Shown here piece after piece: positions 47,674 to 59,980 of a stretch of 64,000 nt of DNA (position 1 is its first letter; every line of letters starts with the position of its first letter). The stretch is from Azolla caroliniana (Eukaryota; Plantae; Polypodiophyta), in contig JBHGNT010000011.1 in NCBI GenBank assembly GCA_043228905.1, forward strand, positions 11,222,001-11,286,000. The letters run 5' to 3'. The translations under genes and the position numbers were made by a program. A model generated the notes under the pieces. It searched no databases. It saw only the letters and a list, made by a program, of their open reading frames with translations, and had not been told where the DNA came from.

Positions 47674-50600
47674 AAGTCTCTAGTTTGAAGAATATTGTGG
47701 ATTTACATCTGCCAGCTCTACATTTCATACAAAATCCTCTCTAAATTTAGAGAAATTTGCCATTGTTATCTACTTGTTTTTGAAAGCATATGCATTTGCC
47801 TCTGTCCGCCATACTAAATCTTCTGTGAAGTGAAGATTTTGTTTCTGTCTGCCCCTCCGTTTGATATACTTCCATGGATTTTTTGAAATGCTCCCTCCAT
47901 TTATACAACTTTTCATGGATTTTCTCATCGAGTTGAACTTTACGTTTTTCGGTTCTCTATTCGATCAACATCTCATGAATTTCCTCCAATACTTCCCTTT
48001 GAATCAAAGTTTTGGCTTTCACGTGTCCCTCCATCGATCTAGTTTACATGATCTTCCACGTTTCTCTAAAAGGAATCTTGGTTTTCTGTCTATTCCCCTT
48101 TTGGTATTTATCATGTTTTTCTTTCACATGTTACTGTCCCATGATCCACACCTCCTACTAAATATCTAATGATCAAGCTTCTTGGAGCTTGTGTTCTATC
48201 TATCTATATAACACATTCAAGTTTCGGCTTTGGAAATATCTCCGTCATGTATTAACAAATAGCTTGACAAGTGTGCTAGTGGATTCATCATTTTCTGTTT
48301 ATTACACCAAGATTTACACCTATGTAATGTAACCAATATTTCTGCACATTGTAGGATCGTGTGTTAATTCTATAGAGGTAAGTGATGTCCGTTCCTTGTT
48401 GATCCCGATCTAGTATATTGACTTGAGGCCATGGGCTGGAGAAAACAAACTATGATTCTTCGAAGAACCTAAAACAAGATGATCTCGGGCATCTGTCACA
48501 GTGATAGATGATTCATCTTTAGACATCCATCAGCATTGAACTTTTGCCAAAATCTCTTTTTGTTAGAAAATTTAGATGTGTTGACGTTATTGATTTGTAT
48601 GGACTTATAGATGATGTTTTTTTATATTTTGAATGTTATACGAGATGGATATCACCATTCATTTCTGATACTACTGATGTGATGCTGCAGGGAAAAGATA
48701 GATATCCTTACCCAGTTGGGTTCCATGCTGTGCGATGCTATAATGGAGAAACATATCAAATGGAGATTCATGAAGGAACACGGGGACCTTTGTTTGTGGT
48801 GAGAAATTGCATTAGACAGCCAGAACTAGACCTGCTGCTCAGAATAAAATTCTATTTGTCTTATCTGTGTATCTCACCTATACTTTTCACATTTGAATAT
48901 TTGCTTTCATTGTGATTGTCTTATGGATTCATTGCATGGAACAGGTTTCTTTTGGAGATAAAATGACATGCTCCGGTGATACACCAACCATTGCTTGGCA
49001 AAATGCTATGAAAAAGTTGAATTCACATTCAAGGAAGGCAAATCAAAGATTATTGAATGCCAATTCCAATGGGTCAGAGGTGCTTTTTTAAACAAATAAC
49101 CTTCTTAACAAGATAGAAACAAATCTAAATGAACTTCGTGGTAGGATTCCAACTTTTCTGCCATGCCAATTCTAATGGTGCAGCTGTGGCTTATGAAATA
49201 AAGAAATAATGTATTAAGAGGCCAAACTGGCTTACGAGATCAATTTAGAGATTACATCTCAAAATGTTGGCTCGTCTTGGAGAACAAACCAAAATAAATA
49301 GACTAGTACTCCAGCATTTGGCTAAAACCATACACTCTAAATACACTAGAAAAAATGCCTAAAATGCAGTGTCTTTTATCCAAGAATTTGGCTGAGAGCA
49401 TACACTCTTGACATTCCATGCTCTTTAGAATAAATAAATAAAGAAAGAGCAATGTATGAATGCCTCTAAAAGACTTGACAAATTTTACAACTGTTTATAT
49501 TAATGCATCAATGCAAGTAACAAAAAAAAACAAAAACAATAAGGAATAAAACAAGCAAAAGGAAAACAAAAAGAAAAGCAAAATGAAAATTGCTTTTTCT
49601 TTCTAACAAAAAACACATAGTTTTGGGCCTGATCATTGAACTTGAATTCCTGCTCTCTAAAAATATTCACCATAGCTAATCCAACGTGGAAAAGTCAATG
49701 GGATGAAGAGACCGCCTTTTGATGCTGTGTGATTATGGTTTTGAACTTACAAAGACATGCACATCAGGGTCATGTTCTGGGCTGGCTTTGGAGACGTTCA
49801 CGTAAATTCTTGTTTCTCTAGTCGTCGACCTCCCCTGATCCTTGAATGCACTCTGGTAATGATGTGCTTATAGATCATGAAGAATGTCCTTAGTAGTATG
49901 CACGTGGAAGAAACCTGTGTGTGTTGACGTCTCCAGACCTTGTCATGGTATTTTGTCCCTAAAAGAAATGGTACCAAGGATTATTTTGTCAATATACTCC
50001 ACTCTATGGAAGGTCCATGAGAGAAAACAAGCAATTACATCTTAAATGTTTGTATCATATCTGAGAATGAACTAGAATAAGTACATTTGTCTTTCTGCTC
50101 ATTTCTATCCATGTGTGGTATCATCCACTTCATTATTTTCTACCTGATTTTTTTCCCAACACTTCTCTTTATAATACAGCTACTTCCATTCTTCTCCTGT
50201 TAACCTGCTCTTGTTACAATTGTCATTCCATTGATTACTCTACGTGTCTACTGTCAAAAATATCATAGAGAAGACTTCATCTTTCCCTTCCTTGGATAGA
50301 GTGTTAACAAAATGCTATCATCTAATGGTCTGGAATATAAGATTAATTGCTATAAATTGAAGGGTTTTTGTAAATGCCCAGCTTTTTGGATTTCTGAATC
50401 CTTTGGTTCAACGGCTATTTCGAGAACTTGTTTCGTCACAAGGTGGAGAGGCCCACCGAAGTGATGAACTGTATGAGGCATTTTCACAGAACTACGTGGA
50501 AATTAAGCAGGAAAGAAAAGCAGTTGAACAAGATGAGTCAAAGGCTTTGCCGACAAACCTTTCTTGGCAATCAACAAAAACTTTATCTGTTCGAAAGTCT

Positions 50601-53600
50601 AGAACATCAATTGTTAACTCCAGTAAGTACATGGTAAGGCTGGTGTTTTTTTCAAAAGAGATTATATACTGAGTGGAAGGGATTGTGATGATTCTTCATA
50701 GATCAAACAATGATAGCATTTCTGAATTCTTTCTGTACAATTCTGTGTGACCAAGTCAGGGAATTCCAAACTTATTACAGACAGTTCAGAGAGATCTCAT
50801 CTGCAGAGAGAGCCAGGTACATGCAAAACAGCTGCCAAGGATACTTTTGGTTTTTCACCACTTGAAGTAAGTATGTGCTGAACATCTAAATTTCTTTGTT
50901 AGAATTGTCATGTTTTTTAAGGGTATTATTTTTTCATTGTTATGTCATGGAAAATGTCAATGTCAATGTTGTATGTCAATTTTTTGTGCAAGACTTCAAG
51001 CTAATAGCTAGAGTTCTTATAATTAACAAAATTTCAATCCAATGCTTGAGACCGGAACTAACAACCTTAATGTTGGAAGTGCGAGCTTTATCACTACATT
51101 ATCATGTTTATATTAATTTCAATCTGGCAACCTAATCGTTCAATACCCAATAAATTTCGAGGACATCCAAAGTATTGTATATGATATAAATAGGAAATGT
51201 TTCACATTGTGGTTCACATGTAATATATATATTGTCTGGTTGGCCTTGCCTTAATGGTTCTATACTAGATTTAGATGAAGTCTGAGTAAAAATGCATTCA
51301 TCTTTTCAGGATCAAGCAGATATATCTCATCCAACGGAATCATGTAATCCAAGTGGTGGTAGGAAGCGATTGAAATTACTGAAGCCAACAAAAATAACAG
51401 AGCAATCATCACCTAATAACAAGCCTAGTAGTTGCATGTTTCCTGAGCCTATTGCAAATGCCTCCTCACCAGACTTGCCGCTGGATCAATCTGATACTGA
51501 GCAGGGAAATAGACAAGGTACTTCCATAATATGCAGAGTTTATGAATCATTTGGATTTGTTTGGATTCAAAATCTCTCCGTGATGGATGAGCAACAAATA
51601 CAGATAGTTTATGTTAGACTGAACTACCATGCTATTAATAATTGACTTAAATTGTGTTGGGTGTCACATACACACAGTGGCATATAACCATCTTCGATAC
51701 TAATGAACATGCTGTACAACATTTCAATCACCCTAGGAGTTAAAAGTTAAAAGCTTTGTACCACCAAATATCCAAATCTCTATTGCTTGTTATGGCCGTT
51801 TTTTCCTGTGCATCCATGAGAGCTTTTGTAAGTTTGTTCTTCCTTCAGAATTAGGCCATATGATGTTAGCCTGTTTTCTTGGGAAGAAAAAAACCTGTGA
51901 GTGCTACCACACAAGTCTTAACTAAAGAGAAATATTTAATAAAAAATGTCATGAGGGTAGAATTTTAGCATTTACATGAACACACACTTTTTAGTTTGTA
52001 TGAATGCAAATAGCATTGTCAACTCATTTATATGCTTGGACGTCAACCTCAAACTGGCTTGTATTTATATTGACATCTTGTAATTTTTTTCCGTTTAAGA
52101 TGTTTTGGATCAGATCATACTGAAGCATATAATATAATGTATTTTTGAAGGAAATTAAGTGTGTTATATTGATTTGTAATTTTGGTATATGAAATTTATT
52201 TAGTTTTGTATTGATTGGGAACGTGCAGATGATAAATATTTTATTTGTGGAATAAATTCATCAAGTGATATGAAAAGGCACAAACTGAACAGTTCTTCCA
52301 AGGATGTGAATGGGAACAAAGCTGTTAATTTGGAAACTATGGCTGTTGTGATTCCTGATTCATTTGATGACTTATCTTCACAAATCCTGATTAGAGACAC
52401 GGAACAAGTTGTGTCTTCACTTCCACATTCTTCAGTACTGAAACCGGATCCAAAGAATGTGACTCCTTTTCTAGATTCTCACAGGAACGCAACTTTTAAA
52501 GAGGATAGACTTGTGGTTCCGGACACCTTTGATGAACTCTCTCAGGTATACAAAGAAAGAGGCAAAGAACAAGAACCACAAACTTCCAAGCAAATAATTC
52601 CAGTTATTGAAACAAATCTGGATAGAAGTACCTGCCCTGAAAATAAGAATCGGGACTCAAATCTACTAATTAGGGGTGAAGAAAAACTTCAACTCATGAT
52701 GAATGAGCTAGTTCCAGACTCATGTGATACTGAGAATGTTTCAATGCTTTCTAAAGATGCAAGCAAATCAACAGGGGGTGTTATAATGAATTCACAGGGG
52801 TTGCTGGTGGAGATACCTGGTGATAAGATGCTTTTAGAACATACAACCAAGTCACTAGAAGGGGCCGCCATCAGTTCACAAGGATCATTGGAGAAAAATC
52901 CTGTTGATACATGTAAAGGCTCGTCTCATTGCAGTACATTAGACAATAGTCAATGGAGTGACAACAATATGGAAAAGTGTGAATCAGATTCTTTGGGTCA
53001 AGAGATTACCAAATCCATGATAACTCTGCTGCTTCCACAAGCTCTACAACTTATGGAAAAGAAAAGGAAAAGAAAAATAAAGTCAGTAATACCACCTTCA
53101 GTGGATGAATCTCATATGCAATCAGATGCCATATGTCAGCCCAATGATGTTTTTGATAAAAATATGAAGTCTGTAAATGATGGCTTGTTGGACGCAAACA
53201 TTTACACTAATGCAGTCAGATGTGATGGGGATGTTAAAGACAAGTGCAATAGGGTAGAGAAATATGGTCCACAACATTCTGAGAATAGTAGATGTAATTC
53301 TTCGGTATGTAAACCTTGTAAAGTGGTGGCTTCCATTGAGGCAGATAAATTTTACTCTTTGCAATGTCCAAATGTGAAAGACTTAGTGCTGCTAGATCAA
53401 GAACTAGATGGTGTTCATGATGCAATGACAGTTGTTGATGGGATATCAAGAGATTCTGCCATTGCAAATTCATCATCCTTGACTGGCAAAAATGATCCTA
53501 AACGTTTTGAAATGCTTGCTACTCCCCCTGGAAACCTGGAAAAGTGTGATGACCTTGAACTTTTTCTACATGAAATGCTACCCCAATCTTCAGTATCCTT

Positions 53601-56109
53601 GGATGCTGACAAACCATTTGGCATTTTTAATTCTACAAAATCAGAAGACTTTGCCCATCCAGATGCTGAAAATATTTTAGATTCTGGGTGTCAAAATGTT
53701 TGTCCGTCTCCAGCACAATACTTAGATGCTGTTCATGGACCTTCTACTGACTTCAAGTCTACTGTATTAGAAGTAAAAGATGCTCTATGCCATCCAAGAG
53801 TGTTAGCATATTTGCCTACGATTGAGACTAATGCATCAGAACAGCCTGACAAAAATGTGTCTTCTCCAGATTCAAAATTTGAAATGCCATGTTCTTCCTT
53901 TGCATTCAAAAGACACTTGCCACAATCTGATAATTTTGAACCAAAGGCATGCTTGGAGCATCCAATGCCAGTATTGGCCATGAAATTGCATGTTCAAAAT
54001 GATGACATTCGATTCTTTGTATTGTGTGGATATCCAAATCGAAATTCGAGAATCTTATTTGTATATAATGTAACAGAAAAGGGGGTCGGACTGTCTTTGA
54101 TTAACAGCATTAATCTCAACGTTTTAGAATGTGGGTGTGATGTGCCCCATATAGAGGTAAGATCCTGCCTTTTTTGATAAAAAGAAGAGGTCCTTTGAAC
54201 TCTGGGTTTGGACTCAAATTATATACAGAACATGTAACTTAGTTGATCTGCATTGGTTTTTTATTTTCTTCAGCTTGCTGAAACTAATGGGATATGTTTT
54301 ACACCTGATGGACAAGAGCTTGTTCTGCTTGGTACATTCTCTATCAATAGAGAAAGGTGAGAGTTAGTAGTGTCCCTTGTAATTTTCAAGATAGTTTGTG
54401 AAAACCGAATTTATAGATATTATCTATATTGCAGGGATCACATTGATGAGAGATCAGCATTAGTTTCTCAAAAACCAAAGTGTCTTCATGGTGTAACCTT
54501 GGTCTCCTACACAAACTCTGAAGCTTCTGTGCATACAGAGCTCAGCTCATTTGGACGGCATGTGTACAGTTTGCTTGTTTGTAATCCACACATGGTGATT
54601 GCTGGAGGAGAGAATGGCTTTGTCAGTGGTTGGGAGATGGATTCCATATGGAGGTTAGATTAGTGCTATCGAGCTTTATCTATTGTTTGACAATTGCGAA
54701 TTGCATCCGCCCTCCGCATCTATACAATAGATTATCTTTTGAAATTGTGTGAATAAAATGTGTAAATAATTGAAGGATACATTGTTTTTTGCATATTCTT
54801 GCAAGGTTCATCTAGATTCTAACATTTGTTTTGTCTTTGTTGACGATCAATGGTGGTGTATCGTTTACTGTACTCAGAAATTGCAAAAAGAACTTCATAT
54901 TACCTGTACCAGAAGGAATTGAACTTTCCCATGTTATTCAACTGTTAGCTGTGCCATACTATCCATATCTTGTTGTTGGTTGTGATGATCGAAGTATAAT
55001 GGCTATCTGGTATATTCTGAGTAAGAATTAGTGTAAAAATTGATTCTTTTACAGAAATGCTGCCTAATCGTATATTATGCTTGGTATTTTCTAGGAACAT
55101 TTCTAATCATCAACTGTTAAGAACATCAAGTCTCTTTGTTGTGTCACCGCTAGAAGTACACATTTTGGAAATCGATATATTGAACCAGCAACAAAATGAT
55201 GGGAGTGAGATCAATACAAACCCTGACCGGAAATTTGAGGAAACTGGAGATAGTATTGCAGTTTCTCTACTCTGTGGTACCCTGGGTCGAAATGATTCCA
55301 ACTCTCTCAGTTCTACAGAGCAAACTTTTTCAAGAACATGGGCCCTAGAGGTTTTCCAAAGAGATGGCAATACTTGTGTTTTCCTTCTAGATATGGATCA
55401 AAGGTATGAGATATCTTCAGATTAGATATCTGGAAGGAACTAAGTAACATTTTGTTCTATTATCTTGTATTTATCATGTTTCAATTGTGCAGCATATATT
55501 TGATATACCATGGGAGAAGTCAAACTGCTTGGTTTTCGTCTTAGTTATCTTACCACTATACTTGTTTGATTCATTTTCTATAATACTGCTTCCTATCTTT
55601 TGCGTTTGTTCTTGAAGGATTTTGATTAGTTACATTATCCCTCATATAGTCCCACCACATCCTTCGAAAATTTCCTAATGTATTGGTGCCTATGTGTATA
55701 TGAACATGGACATATTCATGAAAGAAGATTTACTAGGAATACATTGATCAAAGAATGAATATGGTAGTAGATATGTTTCTGTTTAAAAGAGCCATGCCAT
55801 ACATCTTTCAGGGTTTCAGCAATGTCCATAATGGACAGACTAGGAATTGCAGGAACATATGGTGGATATGTTTATATATGGGATACCATAGAAGGCTCAA
55901 TCAAACAGACATACAAAGATTTTGAAGGTGATGAATACGTCAATTTTTTTTTTCTTGATTCATGCATTTTTGATATACTTTCTATTGATTATTGGATCCA
56001 TGTAGGTGTACCCATTGCATGTATTGCGAGCAACTGGGCCTGTGATGTGGTAGTTGTCGCTGACGTGAATGCCCGTGTTATGATATACATGAAACAAGCA
56101 AGCATGTGA
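47513..56109 (+). CDS. FYR-domain + disordered linker + C-terminal WD40 protein (about 1247 aa; At1g26330-like, candidate PALB2 homologue)
   Basis: 13 in-phase GT-AG exons: 47513-47605, 48691-48798, 48945-49079, 50382-50633, 50760-50816 (less certain), 51310-51517, 52229-54156, 54274-54356, 54435-54653, 54878-55009, 55095-55403, 55812-55927, 56006-56109. FYR motifs IGSLY.GPWEKKYWSSSRGKDRYPYPVGF...GPLF...TPTIAW...GSELFGFLNPLVQRL. WD-like blades ending GYVYIWD...VMIY. Confidence 0.88.
49195..49300 (-). mobile_element. LINE 3'-end fragment in intron 3 (weaker copy at about 50020-50085)
   Basis: aagaggccaaactggc...gagattacatctcaaaatgttggctcgtcttggagaacaaaccaaaataaat matches the LINE 3' motif. 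Confidence 0.7.
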
Positions 56110-58810
56110 GACATAAATATGGGTTTGAACTTAAGGTACTATGAGGATATTTAGGCCGAATAAATATGGGCTTTGATATCATTCTTTGTGAGTTGAACCG
56201 AATATTCCTACTCATTCCCATATAGAGAGATGCCATTGCGCATAAGGCAAACCTTTTTGGGCAAGTCTATATCAATTTATCTCAGAGGAAATTCTGACTT
56301 TCTTTTTAACTCACTATATGATTAGGCTTTGGAATTCTATTTAGATGAATTCTCATTTTACCATAGTAACCCAGTGTTCATAGCTCCCAATCATATTTGC
56401 TGTTTTTGGCTTTTATAAAGTCTTTTTTCCAACAGTTTGTCAAAGTTAGTTCCCCTCTACATTCTCTTAACTGTGCTATTAGTAGTTCCAAATTAATAGC
56501 GCAAAATTTAGATCCTTTGAGGTCACTCGTGGCGATTATCCTGGTTTTTATTCTTATTGAACTATCATCTTATACTAGTGGCAAAATAAAGTGGAACCTT
56601 AGCTTGGACGAAATAAGTTCTCAACCTCACATGAACAAAGAATGGAGCATTTGTGGAGGTTTTGTAGCATATGCTACTAGAGCGCGTAAAATCCAGCACT
56701 GTGTAACTATGTGAGGGTGTTCTAATAGCTATCTTTGACACGAAGTATGTATGCATCAGGAAAAACCTGCTGTAAAATCCCAAAATGGGAGATGATAAAG
56801 AATGCACTTAAAACCCTTCATGAACTTTTCATAACTAAAAAATATAGCTTGATGTTGAGAAAGAAACAAATTTGTGAATACTAATTTATAGTTAGCCTAT
56901 CCTATATGAATGTAACACAGTAGAGCCTTAAATAACTGATTATAATAAGATGTTTTTTATGGTCTAATTGAAGGAGATTATGTTGCAAAGATATTAGATA
57001 TTTTTAGCATCCATAGAGGCCATTATAGATATCAAGGTGGAATGAGCTATATTAATGCACATGAATTATGTGTGCAGATGTAGTGCTCGTTTGTGTTGAC
57101 CCATTCAACTGTAGATATTAAGGTGGAATGAGCTATGTTAATGCCCATTGTGGATGTGTGCAGATGTAGCACTCGTAAGTATTTTGTGATTGTTGTAATA
57201 ATATTCAAGATTTGACCTCTCTTCTATAATCTTTGCTTGTCTGTGTTGATCCAAAGGTTCTGCTGGTTTCCAACATAATCTTTGGGTTATGGCATGCAAA
57301 AAGAAATGTTTGATAGAAATGTTTTACAAACAAAATGATAGATACATATTACAGATCATTCTCATTAAAGGAAGGACTTGTCTTTTGTTAGGTGTTTTCC
57401 TGGAGTTTACAGGGAGTAGTATTATGACAAATCTCTTTTGTGAAACATTTGAAGGAGACGGCATGCATTTGCAGCATGCTCTATATTCATTGAGGCATGA
57501 TATGATTAGAAAAATTTCAACAAAGATGGCATATATATCATGTCATAGCAAGAATGTTAAGATACCCGGGATAAAACTCTATTATCAGTTGAAAATAGTT
57601 TGGCTACAATTGTTTACAAGGTATCCATTTGTGCACGAGACCCAAACTTTTACCCATTTACAGAAACAAATGTGTGGGAGAGCAAGAGGTATGCAGGCAA
57701 AAATGCGAAAACACTCGGCTGTTTGTGACCAAGTCCAAGGCAGATGAATTGTTCAATCATAAAATGTTTGCATAAAATGATAAGGGTAACCAAACATAAT
57801 AATATACTTCAACTAATTGTGTTTTCTTGGTGACTTTTTCTTTAATCCTGTGAATGGTCTTCATCAACTCAAAAGATGGGAAGTAGGGGGTGAATTGACC
57901 ACAAAATTGATGAAATAGCATACATAGTTTTGAGAACAAGGGGATAACTTGACCATATAATTGGCTCTAATATGACATACATTAGGGGTTAAACAAGCAC
58001 ATTTGGTTGGGTTTGGGAAAATAAAGAAAAACCAGAGGGTATATTTCCAAAATGTTTGAATGCATTTCAAAATAATGTGATTGTTGTAATAAAATGCGTG
58101 TTTATTTTTAATGAAGGTGCAATTTCATGGTTGTTAATCATAGTGGATCTACAATCATAGAAGCAGCAATATGTTAATTGGAAAGAATACATGCTACAAA
58201 TTTTATGTTGGTTAAAATTTTAAGTTCAAGAATAGAAAGGAGCACATTCTCAATGAGAAACATCTCTTGGTTAGAAACCACATTGGAAGTAGTACGTTCT
58301 CAATGTGAATACTCCTAACACCTTATAGATGTAGAGCGTAATGAGCTTTCTAATATACATTTTAATGATTCTTTGTGGTGTTCCTTTCATACGAATAATT
58401 AAAGGTATAACTTTCCTTTCCTATGTGGCATTCCTATTATATGCACTATTAAAACTATAATTCTCCTTGCCTTGTTTGTGTGTGGTAGCTGGAAGCTATA
58501 CTCCATTTGGTATGAAATTTTATCACTAGTGGTTAGCTTGTGTTTTTCCATTATGAATTGCATTGGAAGGATTAGATTTTTTAAAGGTGTGAAATTTTGT
58601 CATAAGTGGTTTGATTGTGTTCTCCCCTATGAACTTCGTTGGAAGGACGAATTATATTTCTGAAGGTTGAAGGTTATATTCCTTAATAATTGTATGGCTT
58701 TATCTTTGTTATACTCCCACTACTCGAAAAAGTAAGTTTTTGCACGCAGTGTTATTGGTATGCATAGATGTAGGTATCAAATTCTATATAACAAAAACAA
58801 TGCGAATCTA

Positions 58811-59019
58811 TTGAGAATTATTGTGAATGCCTTCTTAAAGACTCTTTGCTTAATGTTAATAATCCTAGGGATACACAAACTTGATTTGAAAATATTTGTA
58901 TCTCGAGAATTATTTTGAGAATTATTGTGAATGCCTTCTTAAAGACTCTTTGCTTAATGTTAATAATCCTAGGGATACACAAACTTGATTTGAAAATATT
59001 TGTATCTCGAGAATTATTT
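58811..59019. repeat. Tandem duplication, 104-bp period, apparently identical copies
   Basis: ttgagaattattgtgaatgcc...tctcgagaattattt at 58811 and 58915. Confidence 0.95.
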
Positions 59020-59980
59020 CTATACAAGGCAAGTTGGTAACTTACAATGTTTTACATTCATAGAAAACCATAAACTCTTGTTCAAGCTAACTTCTTATAG
59101 AATAACTTATAAGTGGAAGTGACCATAAGTGGAAGAGACTGATTTGAATTGATTTGAACAAGATTGAAAATGGTCCTAAATTTAAGCGTGGATGATAATT
59201 TCATATGCAAACTGTTCTAGATATCATTGAATTATCAAGAACTCCATTAAAACCTAGAGGGTCACAAAACTATCTTGAATGGAATAGAAGTGTTTGCATA
59301 TATGTGGAATCAAGCGTGGAGACGAAAGGTTGTTTCAACTAAGTTTTCCCTTTTAGCCATAACCTAACTATCTATGTTAGACTGACCTAGAATGTAAACC
59401 GATGGTTCCTTATTTTTCTTTTCCCAACACTACCACAACCATTCTTTCCACCATAGCCATGAAGACCATACAATCCACCAAACGCTTCGTCTACACTTTG
59501 TACCACAAAAACCGATTTTCATGGCCACATGTCTTCATCATTCTCTTGGGTCTTTCCATGGTGTGGGCCCAAAGCTTCGATGATTGTCTTCATGCCTTCA
59601 ATTAGACTGTCTCAACTCTTCAGTTGCCCAAGTCTCAAGTTCTACGGTGTCATATCTTGATTGTTCTTGATGTTACGTCTACCACTTGGACGATGTATTT
59701 TCTAGCTCATTAGCTGTCTTTTACAACTTCTTCTTTTTGTATTGTTCCGGGCGTAACAACTTTATTTTGAACTTCTTCAACTTTCACTTCTTCACATGGG
59801 TGGGTAAGTAAATTTTTATTTAGATGCGAAGCTTCTGAAATGGTATTCGTCTCATCGTGCGGACCCCATCTATTTTGTTCATCCGTCTCCATTTTTTTAA
59901 ATTCTGAATTTGTACCAAATGCTCGTCGTTACATTCTCTGGACAATCCCTTGTAATTCCCGTTATCTCATCCTTGAATTC

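Noticed and set aside
51030-51105. Degenerate tRNA/SINE-like segment on minus in an intron
   Set aside because: The A and B boxes are too degenerate, and there is no TSD or tail.
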